Assembly (NCBI RefSeq): GCF_006345805.1 | Contig: NC_043000.1 | Span: 138,694,001 to 138,758,000 of the forward strand | Length of the DNA: 64,000 nucleotides | Direction of reading: 5' to 3' | DNA from: Octopus sinensis | Lineage: Eukaryota | Shown: positions 1 through 12,214 of the stretch, piece by piece | Position numbering within the stretch: the stretch's first letter is position 1 | Layout: every line of letters begins with the position of its first letter | Made by a program: the position numbers and the translations under genes | Notes under the pieces: generated by a model | What the model was told of the DNA's origin: nothing | Database searches by the model: none | What the model saw: only the letters and a program-made list of their open reading frames with translations

Positions 1-178
1 TGGTGTGTTTATGTCCCCGTTACTTAATGGTTCGGCAAAAGAGACTGATAGAATAAGTACTGGGCTTACAAAAGAATAAGTCCCAGGGTCGAGTTGCTCG
101 ACTAAAGGCGGTGCTCCAGCATGGCCGCAGTCAAATGACTGAAACAAGTAAAAGAGTGAAAGAGAGAGTAAGAGTAAA
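1..178 (+). mobile_element. SINE family A, 3' half (cut by window edge)
   Basis: Matches the 3' half of the family A copies elsewhere in the window and ends in the (GAGTAAAA)-type tail. Confidence 0.9.
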
Positions 179-1829
179 ATACTAGAATAATATTTGAACT
201 CAAAACATATGATCTATTAATCTAGTTCCTTATCCACTGATCCACTGCAGCAAGGAATCACATAATTGAATGCATTGAATGTTTTCTGCAGAATTTATAA
301 AAAGCAAGAAATAAAGGAAAGAAATATTAATTGTGGAATGGTTCTATTCACAGACATAACAATGTATTAACATTTGTATTTTCAAAGGGCTGAATCTATT
401 TTGGAAATTACTCAGAAAAAAATTATGAACCAGCATATATTTCTAATATAAGATCAATTTCATACAATGGATAGAAAGCTATACCTTTAAGATGCAAAGG
501 TTTAAAAGAAAGTAATACAAAATTCCATTTCGTTTTACAACATTAATGAAAAATGGAGATAGCATACATAACAGTATTCAGAAGGAAGCCATCGTAGATT
601 TATAAATTATCTATATTAAGCTGCAAGACAACAGCCAATGCAAAACATGATTTCATCATAAGATTATACTTCACATATTAGATTTTAATCAAAGAAATTG
701 TAAAAGAAGAAATAACTGAAAAAAAGTACTAAAGTATGATAGGGTGATTAGAAAGATATGAGAACCCTAATTCTGGTTTGTAATAAAAATTAAATTTATT
801 TCTGTCAAACTAAACTGAATACAATTTCTTTTTAAAAAAAAAAGTGATTTAGACATTTGAATTTGATCTTTACATGCATTATCTCTTACTGAATTGGTTT
901 CAATGTTACATGATGTATGCTATGTCATGCATATATATATATATATATATGTATACATACGTACTTCTAATATACAGATAAAATTTTATTAAAAATTTTG
1001 TCAGTGGCCAGCATATGAAAAATACCTTTTAAGGTGAAAATTTTAATACAATTATAAATAAGGGGCAAAAAGAAAAATTTTCTTTGCCAATATACTAAAA
1101 AACAGATGCTAAATCATCTAACCACATAAAATATTTTCACTTATATTATTACACCATATATATATATATATATATATAAATATTTATATATTAGAAGGTT
1201 TGGAGATGATGCATAGGTATTATATATTAGAAGAAATAAGGTACTAAAAAATCTGGATGGTTTTATAGTTACAGATTTTTTTAATATGTCACATGTTTTT
1301 ATAAACCATACATTAACGCTTGCATCCACTCTAGTGGATTCTTCAGATTGAATTTTTGAGAAAATTCATCTCTTTTTATAGTATTATATATATATATATA
1401 TATAATATATATATATATATTATATATATATATATTCATTCATTTGTTTATTATACACACATGTATACACTCACATACACAAACACACACACACATACAC
1501 ACGTTAATAAAGATATTTTATATTCTAAACATTTACATCCTTCGTATATGTCATTCTCATATATGTAGTTCTATTGTGTACCATTATAAAAATGCATGAG
1601 TACCTGTGCATGTGAATGCCAAGCATGAATATGTGTTCTGTTATAACCGGAATGAAATTCGGAATATCCTGGACATTAGTTGGAAGAAATTAATTTGCAT
1701 AGTCAATGAACAATCTGTAGCAATATATAAATATATAATTAAAGAAACTGAATAGAATTTGTTGATTGATATTCAAGTTTGAAAGTTTTGCATATTATTT
1801 ATATATTACAAAGTAATATACAAGGTAAA

Positions 1830-2143
1830 GGGGCTCCTAAAGGAGTCTCAGGGAGTAGAATCCCTGCCTTTCTGAGCTAGTTTTCTCCTACATTTGTTAA
1901 AAATTGTGGTCGAGGCCTAGGTCTCATGACCACTCATGTCTAGAAACTGAGGTTGGGGGTAAGCAAGAGCATGCTCCCTGTAGAAAATTCAGCCCCCAAA
2001 AAGCCTCATGATAGCAAAAGAGAATGGGCATCAGCCAGCCCAAAGGTTGGGGTGGGCTACACCTGCCTACCTTGGTTGCTATGGCATTGAGGTAGATCCG
2101 GCGACCTCTGTTATCGGGGACAAAATCCCAATTTAAATACTGA

Positions 2144-2176
<33 letters not shown>
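1830..2176 (+). mobile_element. Unclassified non-LTR retroelement 3' end with (GAT)n tail
   Basis: GC-richer segment (gggggtaagcaagagcatgctccctgtag...) ending in a (GAT)n run at about 2145-2176. The left boundary is approximate. Confidence 0.45.
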
Positions 2177-2712
2177 GGAACATGTGCTGCATTACTATTT
2201 GTACCAGAAGTATACACACAGCTAAATACCAAGTTGGAGATGGGTCAATTATTTTACTGAAGTGATAAGGATGTCACAGCCACAACAAAATGCTTGTAAA
2301 AAGAACTATAACATTTAAAGTTTTCCATTCTGGTCAAGTACCATACTTCATTTCATTAAGCATTTTGAAGAAATAAAACATTATAAAAGTTATTATTTAA
2401 CTGTAAATTCTTGACTAAAAAGAGAGCAGAATCCGTAATATCAGTGGAGATTGAAATAAGGTTATGAAGAAAATTCACTTGAGAAATCCAAGCTCCTTGG
2501 TCATTTCCCTCATTGCACAAATTCCACAAAGAGAGTACTGCAGGAATTCCAGAATGTGGGTACCACAAGACGTTTAAATTATATTGGCACTGCAATATCA
2601 CCAGTGTTGGTCTTATTTGATCCTTGTGTGTATATGCATATGTGTGCATGTGTGTGTGTATGTGTATGTGTGTGCGCGTGTGTGTGTGTAATATCTGTGT
2701 ATATAAAATATA

Positions 2713-3082
2713 AACAAGAGCACTCAGAGAGCACAAACCTCCACCGAGGCAAAACCAACGTCTTTTCAACGATTAGCTGGAGATGATTTTTAAGATGTGA
2801 ATATCTGAAATAAACTTGACTGCCCTCACAAATGAGAATACTAAAGATAAACCTGACCACTCTCAAAAATTAAGTAAAAAATCAGAAAAAATAATTCAGA
2901 ATTCTTGTCCGGTTCCAGATCGATCCCAAAATCTAATCAGTTCATACCAGTCATGAGACCAAACATCCCTGAAAGTTTCATTTTAATCCATCTAGCGGTT
3001 CTTGAGATTTCTTGTCCATGGATAAGCAAACAAACAAATGCGACTGAAAACAATACCTCTGCTTTCGTGGAGGCAGAGGTAA
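2713..3082 (-). mobile_element. Helentron-associated non-autonomous element (HINE/DINE-like)
   Basis: Palindrome acctctgc-N10-gcagaggt at one end, related acctccaccgaggc subterminal repeat plus gcactcagagagc hairpin at the other, short caaa microsatellite inside. Confidence 0.7.
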
Positions 3083-3198
3083 AAAGAGGCACATGTAATG
3101 TAATTGATGCATCATCTAAAGAAGCTTTGAGATGTTTGTTGACCTTTGTGTGAAGAATTATGACAACCCAACCTACAGATTTATCAATATTGCATAGT

Positions 3199-3627
3199 CT
3201 GGTTCTTGGTCTCAAGCATTTGTCTTATGAAGAAAGGCTGAAGACACTCGACCTTTATTCTCTAGAAAAACGTGACGCCGTGGTGATCTCATTCTTGCTC
3301 ACAACATCATAAGCGGAAGAGGTAACCTCGTGAAAGAGCTGTTCTTCACTGCTGCTCCAGAACGTCGGCTGCGGGGTCACTCCGAAAAGCTCTATCTGCG
3401 ACGATTTCATCTCAATCGAAGGAGAGGGGCTTTCTCCGTCTGGGTTGCGGATCCGTGGAATAAGCTGCCGGACGAGATAGTGAAGATGCCGACGACCGCT
3501 CGGTTCAAAGTCTCTCTTGACCACAAGTGGCCTGAACTCTTTACATGAACACCACCCTGTACATAACTCTATGTCCCCCTACATGGCCTTGCTTTTTGCT
3601 TTTTGAGCCAAATAATTAACTAACTAA
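3199..3627 (+). mobile_element. CR1-type LINE 3' fragment (ORF2 C-terminus, one frameshift, 3' UTR)
   Basis: Translates LVLGLKHLSYEERLKTLDLYSLEKR/RRGDLILAHNII...RLRGHSEKL...RRGAFSVWVADPWNKLPDEIV...FKVSLDHKW (stop at 3548); short (TAAC)n tail. Confidence 0.9.
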
Positions 3628-3903
3628 GATGAGTTCTGCATGCTTTAGTTATGGAGATGGACAGGGATCACAGTTAAGTTCCCAAGTTGATTTATTCGAA
3701 GCGGGCAGAGTCTGAATATGCATGATATATAAGCTGCATTATTTACTGGAGCAATACAAGCAGACTTTTGTTTTAGGTCTGTTGTGAGAAATTAATGATA
3801 CCACCTGGGATGTAGATTGACAGCTGCTTTGAAGTTTTGGCTTACTAGACAACCAAACAGACTATTATGCCAGGAATTTGAAGTAACTTTCAATTTATCT
3901 ACT

Positions 3904-4120
3904 TACTCTTTTACTATTTTATTTGTTTCAGACATTTAACTGTGGCCATGCTGGTGCACCGCCTTTAGTCGAGTAAATCGACCCCGGGACTTATTCTTTG
4001 TAAGCCCCGTACTTATTCTATTGGTCTCTTTTGCCGAACCGCTAAGTGACGGGGACATAAACACACCAGCATCGGTTGTCAAGCAATGCTAGGGGGACAA
4101 ACACAGACACACAAACACAT

Positions 4121-4179
<59 letters not shown>

Positions 4180-4337
4180 TACGACAGGCTTCTTTCAGTT
4201 TCCATCTACCAAATCCACTTACAAAGCATTGGTTGGCACCGGGGCTATAGCAGAAGACACTTGCCCAAGATGCCACGCAGTGGGACTGAACCTAGAACCA
4301 TGTGGTTGGTTAGCAAGCTACTTACCACACAGCCACT
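3904..4337 (-). mobile_element. SINE family A, full length
   Basis: tRNA-like head with A box tggctgtgtgg and B box ggttcagtccc, central (TA)/(TG) microsatellite, GAGTAAAA tail. Confidence 0.9.
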
Positions 4338-4375
4338 TGTTAAGAGAGAATAAATATGATTCATTTTTGTCACAA

Positions 4376-5385
4376 TAGGTGCAGGCATGGCTATATGGTA
4401 AGATGCTTGCTTCCCAACCACATGCTTCCAGGTTCAGTCCCACAGCATGACACTTTGGGTAAGTGTATTCTACTATAGCCTTGGCCAACCAAAGCCTTGT
4501 AAGTGGATTTGGTGGAGGGAAACTGAAAGAAGCCCATCGTATATAATATAATATAGGCACAGGAGTGGCTGTGTGGTAAGTAGCTTGCTTACCAACCACA
4601 TGGTTCTTAGTTCAGTCCCACTGCATGGCACCTTGGATAAGTGTCTTCTACTATAGCCTTGGGCTGACCAAAGCCTTGTGAGTGGATTTGGTAGACAGAA
4701 ACTGAAAGAAGCCTGTCGTATATATGTATATATATATATATTATATATATATATATATATATACACTTGCGTCAGAAATTAATTAGCACTTCTCAAATTT
4801 CTACATTAAATAGGTTAAATCAATTAACCTATGAGCTGTTCAAAACGTCTTACGCGATGAGAAAACTTAGTATGGTGTGATTTCGGTCCTTGCGAGGCGC
4901 TACCTAAATCTATTAAACAAAGGAAGATTTGTCTGCATCCGCACTCCAATTTGTTGCACTGCTATGTCAACATCATAAGGCTGTAGACTCTCAAACTGCT
5001 CTGCAAACAAAGTTACGTCATCGTTCTGCACAACAGTGAACTCGCAACAAAGCAATAGTTCGAGATATGGCCACTAGGTGACAGCACATACCTTGAGTGA
5101 AGAGCAAATCAAGGGTGCTAATTAATTTCTGACGGTAGTGTATATATATATGTACGAGTGTATATGTTTGTGTGTCTGTGTTTGTCCCTCCAACATTGCT
5201 TGACAATCAATGGTGATGTGTTTACGTCCCTATACCTTAATGGTTCAACAAAAGAATTTGATAGAATAAGTACTGGGCTTACAAAGAATAAGTCCTGGGG
5301 TCGATTTGCTCAACTAAAGGTGGTGCTGCAGCATGGCCGCAGTCAAATGACTGAAACAAGTAAAAGAGAAAAGAGAAAGAGAAAA
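4376..5385 (+). mobile_element. Nested SINE family A copies: older head 4376-4545, younger head from 4555, 3' half 5141-5385
   Basis: Two consecutive heads; the second copy is split in its (TA)n centre by a MITE. Confidence 0.85.
4764..5140. mobile_element. Tc1/mariner-type MITE
   Basis: 26-bp TIRs cacttgcgtcagaaattaattagcac / gtgctaattaatttctgacggtagtg (2 mismatches), TA on both sides. Confidence 0.85.
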
Positions 5386-5685
5386 TGATGCGTATACAAC
5401 ATATGCCTTGAAGATAGGTATGCTACATATGTCTTGAAGAAACCCTGGAAATAATTACATCCAGGGAAAACATGATAAATAGATACTCTGAGATGGTCAT
5501 CCCCAGTAAACATAGGAACAAAATATCATTCATGGAATCTTTAAAAAAATATATTGAAACGAAGTAACAAATTACAGAACAGTGAAGGAAGCAAAATAAC
5601 TAAATGGATACACCAATGTTTAAGATGATACACTCTATAACAAAAGAAACAGTGAAAAAGTCACCATAAGAGGGTTGTATTAATT

Positions 5686-5882
5686 CAGTGGTTTTCAACC
5701 AGGGTTCCGCGGAACCTTAGGGCTCGGCAAGAAGTTACAAAACTGCTAAAATCGGCAGTTATTTTTAAGTCTCCTGTGCAGATATGTGTGCATAAGACTA
5801 TTAAATTATTGCACAGGGGTTCCTCGAGCCAGTGGAATGTTTCCTTGGGGTTCCGCTCCAGCAAAATGTTTGAAAAGCACTG
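5686..5882. mobile_element. hAT (Charlie-like) MITE
   Basis: TIRs cagtggttttcaacc / tgtttgaaaagcactg; 8-bp TSD tattaatt / tattgatt. Confidence 0.85.
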
Positions 5883-6068
5883 TATTGATTAATTCAGTCA
5901 ACAAACTCCATTGTATAACAGCTGATCACATGTTGGGTTCAGAATTTATTGAGGAGAGTTAAGTCTTGAATGAAACTGAACAAAGAAAAGTACCACCATC
6001 CTTAAAATTTGCAGAACGAATGAACATTCTTAAAATTTGCAGAATGAATAGCAAATAAATCTAATACC

Positions 6069-6296
6069 TATTTCTTTATTACCCACAAGGGGCTAAACAT
6101 AGAGGGGACAAACAAGGACAGACATAGGTATTAAGTCGATTACATCGACCCCAGTGCGGAACTGGTACTTAATTTATCGACCACGAAAGGATGAAAGGCA
6201 AAGTCAACATCGGCGGAATTTGAACTCACAATGTAACGACAGACGAAATACCGCTAAGCATTTCATCCGGCGTGCTAACGTTTCTGCCAGCTCGCC
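6069..6296 (-). mobile_element. SINE family B, full length
   Basis: tRNA-like head (B box gagttcaaattcc), core gactttgcctttcatcctttc..gtcgataaattaagtaccag; TSD gcaaataaatctaatacc at 6051-6068 and 6297-6314. Confidence 0.9.
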
Positions 6297-6686
6297 GCAA
6301 ATAAATCTAATACCACCACACACACTTCCATCCCCATATTACTACCATTCTTTCCTCTACTCCCATCACCTGCCTCTCCTCACCAAGTACATGTAGAAAT
6401 ACCCACATAGCTAGATTGGCCTTCATGCAGGCAAGAAGGGATAAACATCCCTCTGTGATTCATCCAATAACAGAGTATTACCTCATGAAATGAATCAGTG
6501 ATGATGATCAGCTGGATGCCCACGGATAATGCAAACTATACTATAATCATTCCAAGGATACAGACTCTGATGTGAAAGTCATTTGATTTGTGGAAATGCA
6601 CGTAGCCATGCATTAAATATTTATAAATTCCATCCTAGAATTATTATTTTAATGATATATATATATATATATGTGTGTGTGTGTTT

Positions 6687-7000
6687 GGACGCACAATGGA
6701 CCAGTGGTTAAGGCGTTGTGAGTGTTTATTGAGAGAAAACACCTAAAGCTTCACGAGGCTCTGGCAGTGGGTGGAGGTGAACCCTGCTGTACTCTTTCTC
6801 CACAACTTTCTCTCATTCTTTCTTCCTTTTACTGTTGCACCTGTCACACTCTGTGTCACGCCGAATCTCTCTGAGAACTACGTTAAGGGTACACGTGTCT
6901 GTGGAGTGCTCAGCCACATGCATGTTAATTTCACGAGCAGGCTGTTCCATTGATCAGATCAACTGGAACCCTCGTCGTCGTAACCGACGGAGAGCCACAA
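6687..7000 (+). mobile_element. SINE family C with internally deleted head, tail type 1
   Basis: Core gtgagtgtttattgag.gaaaacacctaaagct.cacgaggct shared with the copies at 53.0, 55.4, 60.1 and 61.0 kb. Confidence 0.8.
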
Positions 7001-7413
7001 TATATATATGTGTGTATGTATATATATATGAACACACAAATGTTTAAGATAACACACACTATATCAATAGAAACAGTGAAAAAGTCACTACAAGAGGGTG
7101 ACTTTTAACTTTTAACCTGCTAATTCTCTATACTACCTTCAAAAGAAAAATGATTACCTAACTTCCATGTGCTCTATATTAACCCTGAAGAAGTCCTATT
7201 ACCACATAGTTAAAATATAGTAACTTTCTTGGCATTAAACCAAATGCTTCAAAATTTCCATCAACAAGATGATAGGACTGCAGCATATATGTAGATTCCT
7301 TATTTAATTTTAATTTATTTTTTGAGCTTTCAACCAGTAATCAATTTATTTGTACTCTATGTTTTTTTAAAAATTGTCATCTTTTTGTAACATACAAATA
7401 AATTATTAAATAC

Positions 7414-7456
7414 ATCCATTTCTTCTCCATTTTCTTCTTGTTTTCCGCCAATAATC
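7414..7456 (-). CDS. Candidate 43-nt purine-rich exon; one frame reads IIGGKQEENGEEMD (PDZ-like, tentative)
   Basis: Acceptor gatatatgttcag|, donor |gtattt, GAA-rich. All three frames are open and no partner exon was found. Confidence 0.2.
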
Positions 7457-7574
7457 CTGAACATATATCAATGACTTTCGCATTATACGATTGGGATTAA
7501 ACCAGTGGAATATCTTGGATTATATAATCCCTAATCAGGATATGACTTCCTTAAATTAACTATATATATATTTA

Positions 7575-7800
7575 TGTCTGTATCTGTGTTTGCCCTTCCC
7601 CCTGCAGTAGCTTGATAACCAATGTTGGTTTGTTTACGTCCCCATAACTTAGAGACTAGGCAAAAAAGAGACCAACAGCATAAGTACAAACAATAAGTCC
7701 TTTTGTTGAGTTCTTTGACTAAAGCCTTTTAAGGTGGTGCTCCAGCATGGCCACAGTCAACTGACTGGAACAGGCAAAAAGAATGAAAAAAAGAAAAAGA
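7575..7800 (+). mobile_element. Diverged SINE family A, 3' half
   Basis: Degenerate match ending ggtgctccagcatggccacagtcaactgactggaac. Confidence 0.7.
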
Positions 7801-8003
7801 ATAATCAGGAAGTAGGAAGAGAGCCTCACACTGCAAGTGTTGTCTGAGTGTATGTAACAGAGTGAACTCTGCTAAAGGCATCTCAAGACTGACTGAATTT
7901 GAACTCAGAACGCAAAGACCTAAAACAAACACCACAAGATATTCGGTTGGATGTTTGCAATATTCCACCAACCTGCCATGTGTGGATTGGTACTTTTTCA
8001 ACA

Positions 8004-8422
8004 CTTATTTCTTTATTGCCCACAAGGAGCTACACACAGAGGGGACAAACAAGGACAGACAAATGGATTAAGTCGATTGTTTCAACCCTCAGGGCATAAC
8101 TGGTAGTTATTTAATTGACCCCGAAAGGATGAAAGGCAAAGTCGACCTCGGCAGGATTTGAACTCAGAACGTTGTGGCAGCCGAAATACCTATTTCTTTA
8201 CTACCCACAAGGGGCAAAACACAGAGATGACAAACAAGGACAGACAAACGGATTAAGTCGATTACATCAACCCCAGTGCGTAACTGGTGCATAATTCATT
8301 GACCCCGAAAGGTTGAAAGGCAAAGTCGACCTCGGTGGAATTTGAACTCAGAACGTAATGGCAGATGAAATACCGCTAAGCATTTCGTCCTGTGTGCTAA
8401 CATTTCTGCTAGCTCACCACCT
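8004..8422 (-). mobile_element. SINE family B tandem dimer, flanked by older tRNA-head relics (about 7860-7980 and 8425-8550)
   Basis: Two consecutive bodies joined at gaaatacc|tatttcttta (about 8184-8200). Confidence 0.85.
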
Positions 8423-9270
8423 TCTTCTGCCAGCTCGGCAGAGATGGAAAGATTGACCTTGATGGATTTGAACTGAGAGAATAGAGAGCTGAAACAAAGA
8501 GCATGAAGAATTTCATCCTATTATCTTACCACTCTGCTGCCAGTTTGCTACTTTGAACTAAACGTAATCAAAAGATATAATTTCTAAATAAATGCAACAG
8601 TACTGAAATAACAGCTATTTGCCATTAAATATAAAAAATAACAATATCCCAGTATCTGTTTAACAAGTAAGAATTACTCATATTAACAGAGAGCAAACAG
8701 AAAAATCGTAGTTATTTAGAAGCATATTTTTCCAAAGCAGCATTCTTCAATTAGTTTGAAAACCATTTTGTATCAGACACTAAATCATGTTGTACTGGTG
8801 TAGAGATTCCAAGTGACATCCAGATAAAGTTAATTCTTGGTAATTGTGTTGCTCACGTGAACATGTTGTTTCTTATCACAAGTTACATATATTTCCTCAA
8901 ATAGCTGTATGCCTTTGATCTAGCGAATGGATCAAGGAATATGAAAGTCAGTCAGGTTAACCTATAAGAATAAATTCATGCATAGAATGTTCACAGAATT
9001 CAACAACGGTATTAGTATAAAGCCAATTTGAAAAGATGTAATATCAGAGATGCAACGTGGATTGCATCTAAAGCCAGTGACTGGGTTGATAAAGTAGAAT
9101 GATAGATAATCTATTGATAGCATGCTTATTCAATAATACGATGATAATGATGATGGTGATCGTAATTTTAGTGGTGGTGATGGTGATGGTGATGATGGAG
9201 AGCAGGGAGTGAAGATAGCCACATCAATACTGATTTAACACCAAAGTCAACAAAACGCTGTATCCATTAT

Positions 9271-9702
<432 letters not shown>

Positions 9703-10668
9703 GCAATTTCATAGATGTTGCTGCTAAAACCACGATGCCAACAATGACAACATTGATGATGATGATGATCATAACGGTGGTTGTGTTGCTGGTGAAGGAG
9801 GTAGAGGAGGAAAAGGAGAAAATGGAAGATGAACCAGATATCAATTGAAGAAAATTGTTAACGACATTCACTAAAGGGTTTTCAGGCCTTATAGATCAGC
9901 AGTTGACGTTAGCTATAGTAAAAAGATATTAAGATATTCATAAGGATTCTCCATTTAACCTCCAAGGTCATTTGTCACTTTGCAACGAATGAAACTGAAG
10001 ACAATAAAAATTTAAATAATGATAATGGTGATGATAATGATGATGATGATGATGACAAAAATGAAGTAAAGTCAGTGCTGGATAGAAGACAAGTATTTTT
10101 ACTGAAAACTGACGCAAAATTCATTTTGTGAAGTTCAAGTATGTTTTATGAATAAAATGCATGCACAGATACATAAATGATCTCATATATTTATACTTTA
10201 ACCTGATGGTGCTTTGTTTTACTTGGAAGCAATACTACTGTATTGCACTGTTTATTAAGTTTTTCTTTGTAAACGTTTTCACTGTTCTCAATCTGTTAAC
10301 AACCAGGCATTCAGAAGAGTATACTGGCACTGATGTAGCAATATTCAAAATTTTGTCTAAGTGAATCTAGCTAAAGAGAACTAATCAAATTTATGTTAAC
10401 AAACGTAATTTGCAGAGTTCGAAACCTAGGTCCTAGATTATCCACATCTGGATTGTACATTTAATTAATTTAATTAATGTTTTTCCTACAGGTAAGATGA
10501 AATTTTTGAAAGTATAATGACACAGATCATGTCATATAGCCAGCTGGAGACAATGTCGCCTGGGGATAAATTACAGCAACATTCGTCCTAAACCAGGACT
10601 GCCATGTTATGTTGGCAAACAATCTTTACTACAAAATTTTTTATGTTTGCCACCCACAAACATCTTTG

Positions 10669-10717
<49 letters not shown>

Positions 10718-10803
10718 TGAGTCTTTACTATAATGTCATATATTATTGACCGCTACTTCCAGTAAATATTGGTGGATTGTTGTATCACTATTCTATATAT
10801 ATA

Positions 10804-10936
10804 GTTGAAATTTACAGAAAAACAAAAGACGAAGACAGGTGCATGAGCACTAAGCATGTGTATTAGTTTGACACTTGGGAAAGTGAGAAAGTCTTTTACG
10901 TTTTGAGCTTATGCTCTTCAATAGAAGAGCATAGGC
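10804..10936 (-). mobile_element. Penelope-like terminal repeat fragment with decayed hammerhead-like motif
   Basis: Homologous to 45055-45266 and 62080-62266 (acaaaagacgaagacagg...); minus strand reads ctattgaa-gagc-ataa-gctc-aaaacgt. Confidence 0.55.
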
Positions 10937-11455
10937 AAAATATTTTGTAATGCTCATAAAGTTAAATCACCACTTTCATACATAGTGTAATCATCAGATT
11001 TCCCATGTGTTTAACTGATAGTTGAGTTCTTGACAACTTTACTACCTCTTAGAACGCTCCGGCAAGCTGAATTTTTAGAATACCCTTTTGACAATTCTGC
11101 ATACATCTTAAGCACTGATATTCTATAAGTTGTTTATATTTATATGCTAGAAATACTTTTTAATCCACATCATTAACTGGTTGTTATATTATTGCTGTTA
11201 TTTCTATTCAGAACAGGTTTGAACCTTTTAACAAAAATAAACAAGTTACAGAATATCGATACACCTGGAAAACAATGATGTTTAAGTGCATGCAGATTGG
11301 TCAAAAAGGTGCTCTAAAACTACAGCTGGTTAGAGCATTCTAAGAGGTACTAAAGTTGTCAAGAACTCAACTGTCAGTTAAACACATTTGAAATCTGATG
11401 ATGACTCTTTGTATGAAAGCAATAATTTAACTTTATGAGCATTACAAAATATTTT
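10937..11455. repeat. Old foldback (long inverted repeat) element
   Basis: Arms 10937-11113 and 11281-11455 are roughly 80% complementary, with a further inner arm gatattctataagttgtttat / ataaacaagttacagaatatc. Confidence 0.8.
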
Positions 11456-11584
11456 TTAATGTTAAAACCGTGAAAACCAGACTATGTTTTAATTTAATTC
11501 AACTGATATATATGTATGTCACATGTACACACATACATACACACACACACTACATATACATACAAGCACACTCACATACTTCAA

Positions 11585-12068
11585 ACTACCAGTAGCTTTC
11601 TACTGGCCATTCTCCTATGCACATGTGTAGGTAGACACACAACAGGCAGCCACTCCTACCAAAATTTCTACTATAAATTCTTCCTATGACCTTAAACTTT
11701 ACTAAGCCCAACCATAGACACACACGTGCTATCATTACACACACACACACACAGAGACCTGCGTGCATGCATATACCCACACATACACACACATACCTCC
11801 TTCTCTTGCACTTTCCTGTCTTTGAAAGAACTTTTTCTTCACCCATTCCCTTTCGATCATTTCAATATGTGACTGCGTGTGTATTGTTGGCGATTTTCTT
11901 TCTCCGTCTTCCTTTCTTTGGACTTTTTCTATATTTCTGACGAAGAGCTCCACTCAAAACATGAAATCCTCTTTCTTTTCTTTCCTTTCCTGAGTGTCCA
12001 ATAACACTGTACTTATTCCACATCCTCGCATTGTTGCTTTTTCTTACTTGTTCTTGTTTGGATCGACT
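11585..12068 (+). mobile_element. Penelope-like repeat with decayed minimal hammerhead at 11934-11967
   Basis: Homologous to 17545-17836; reads ttt-CTGACGA-a-gag-ctcca-ctc-aaaac. Confidence 0.55.
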
Positions 12069-12079
12069 GTGTGTGTGTG

Positions 12080-12135
<56 letters not shown>

Positions 12136-12144
12136 CAGATAGAC

Positions 12145-12190
<46 letters not shown>

Positions 12191-12214
12191 ATAGATAGAC
12201 AGACAGATAGATAG
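12080..12214. repeat. (GATA)n/(GACA) tetranucleotide microsatellite
   Basis: Direct inspection. Confidence 0.97.

Noticed and set aside
2420-2600. Possible CR1-like RT fragment upstream of the HINE
   Set aside because: Similarity was too weak to support without an alignment.
5410-5636. Hydrophobic, GPCR-like minus-strand reading
   Set aside because: It needs a frameshift at a T7 run to stay open and lacks diagnostic GPCR motifs.
8895-8971. Minus-strand exon candidate with good acceptor (ttcttatag|)
   Set aside because: Stops in all three frames and no support for a transcript.
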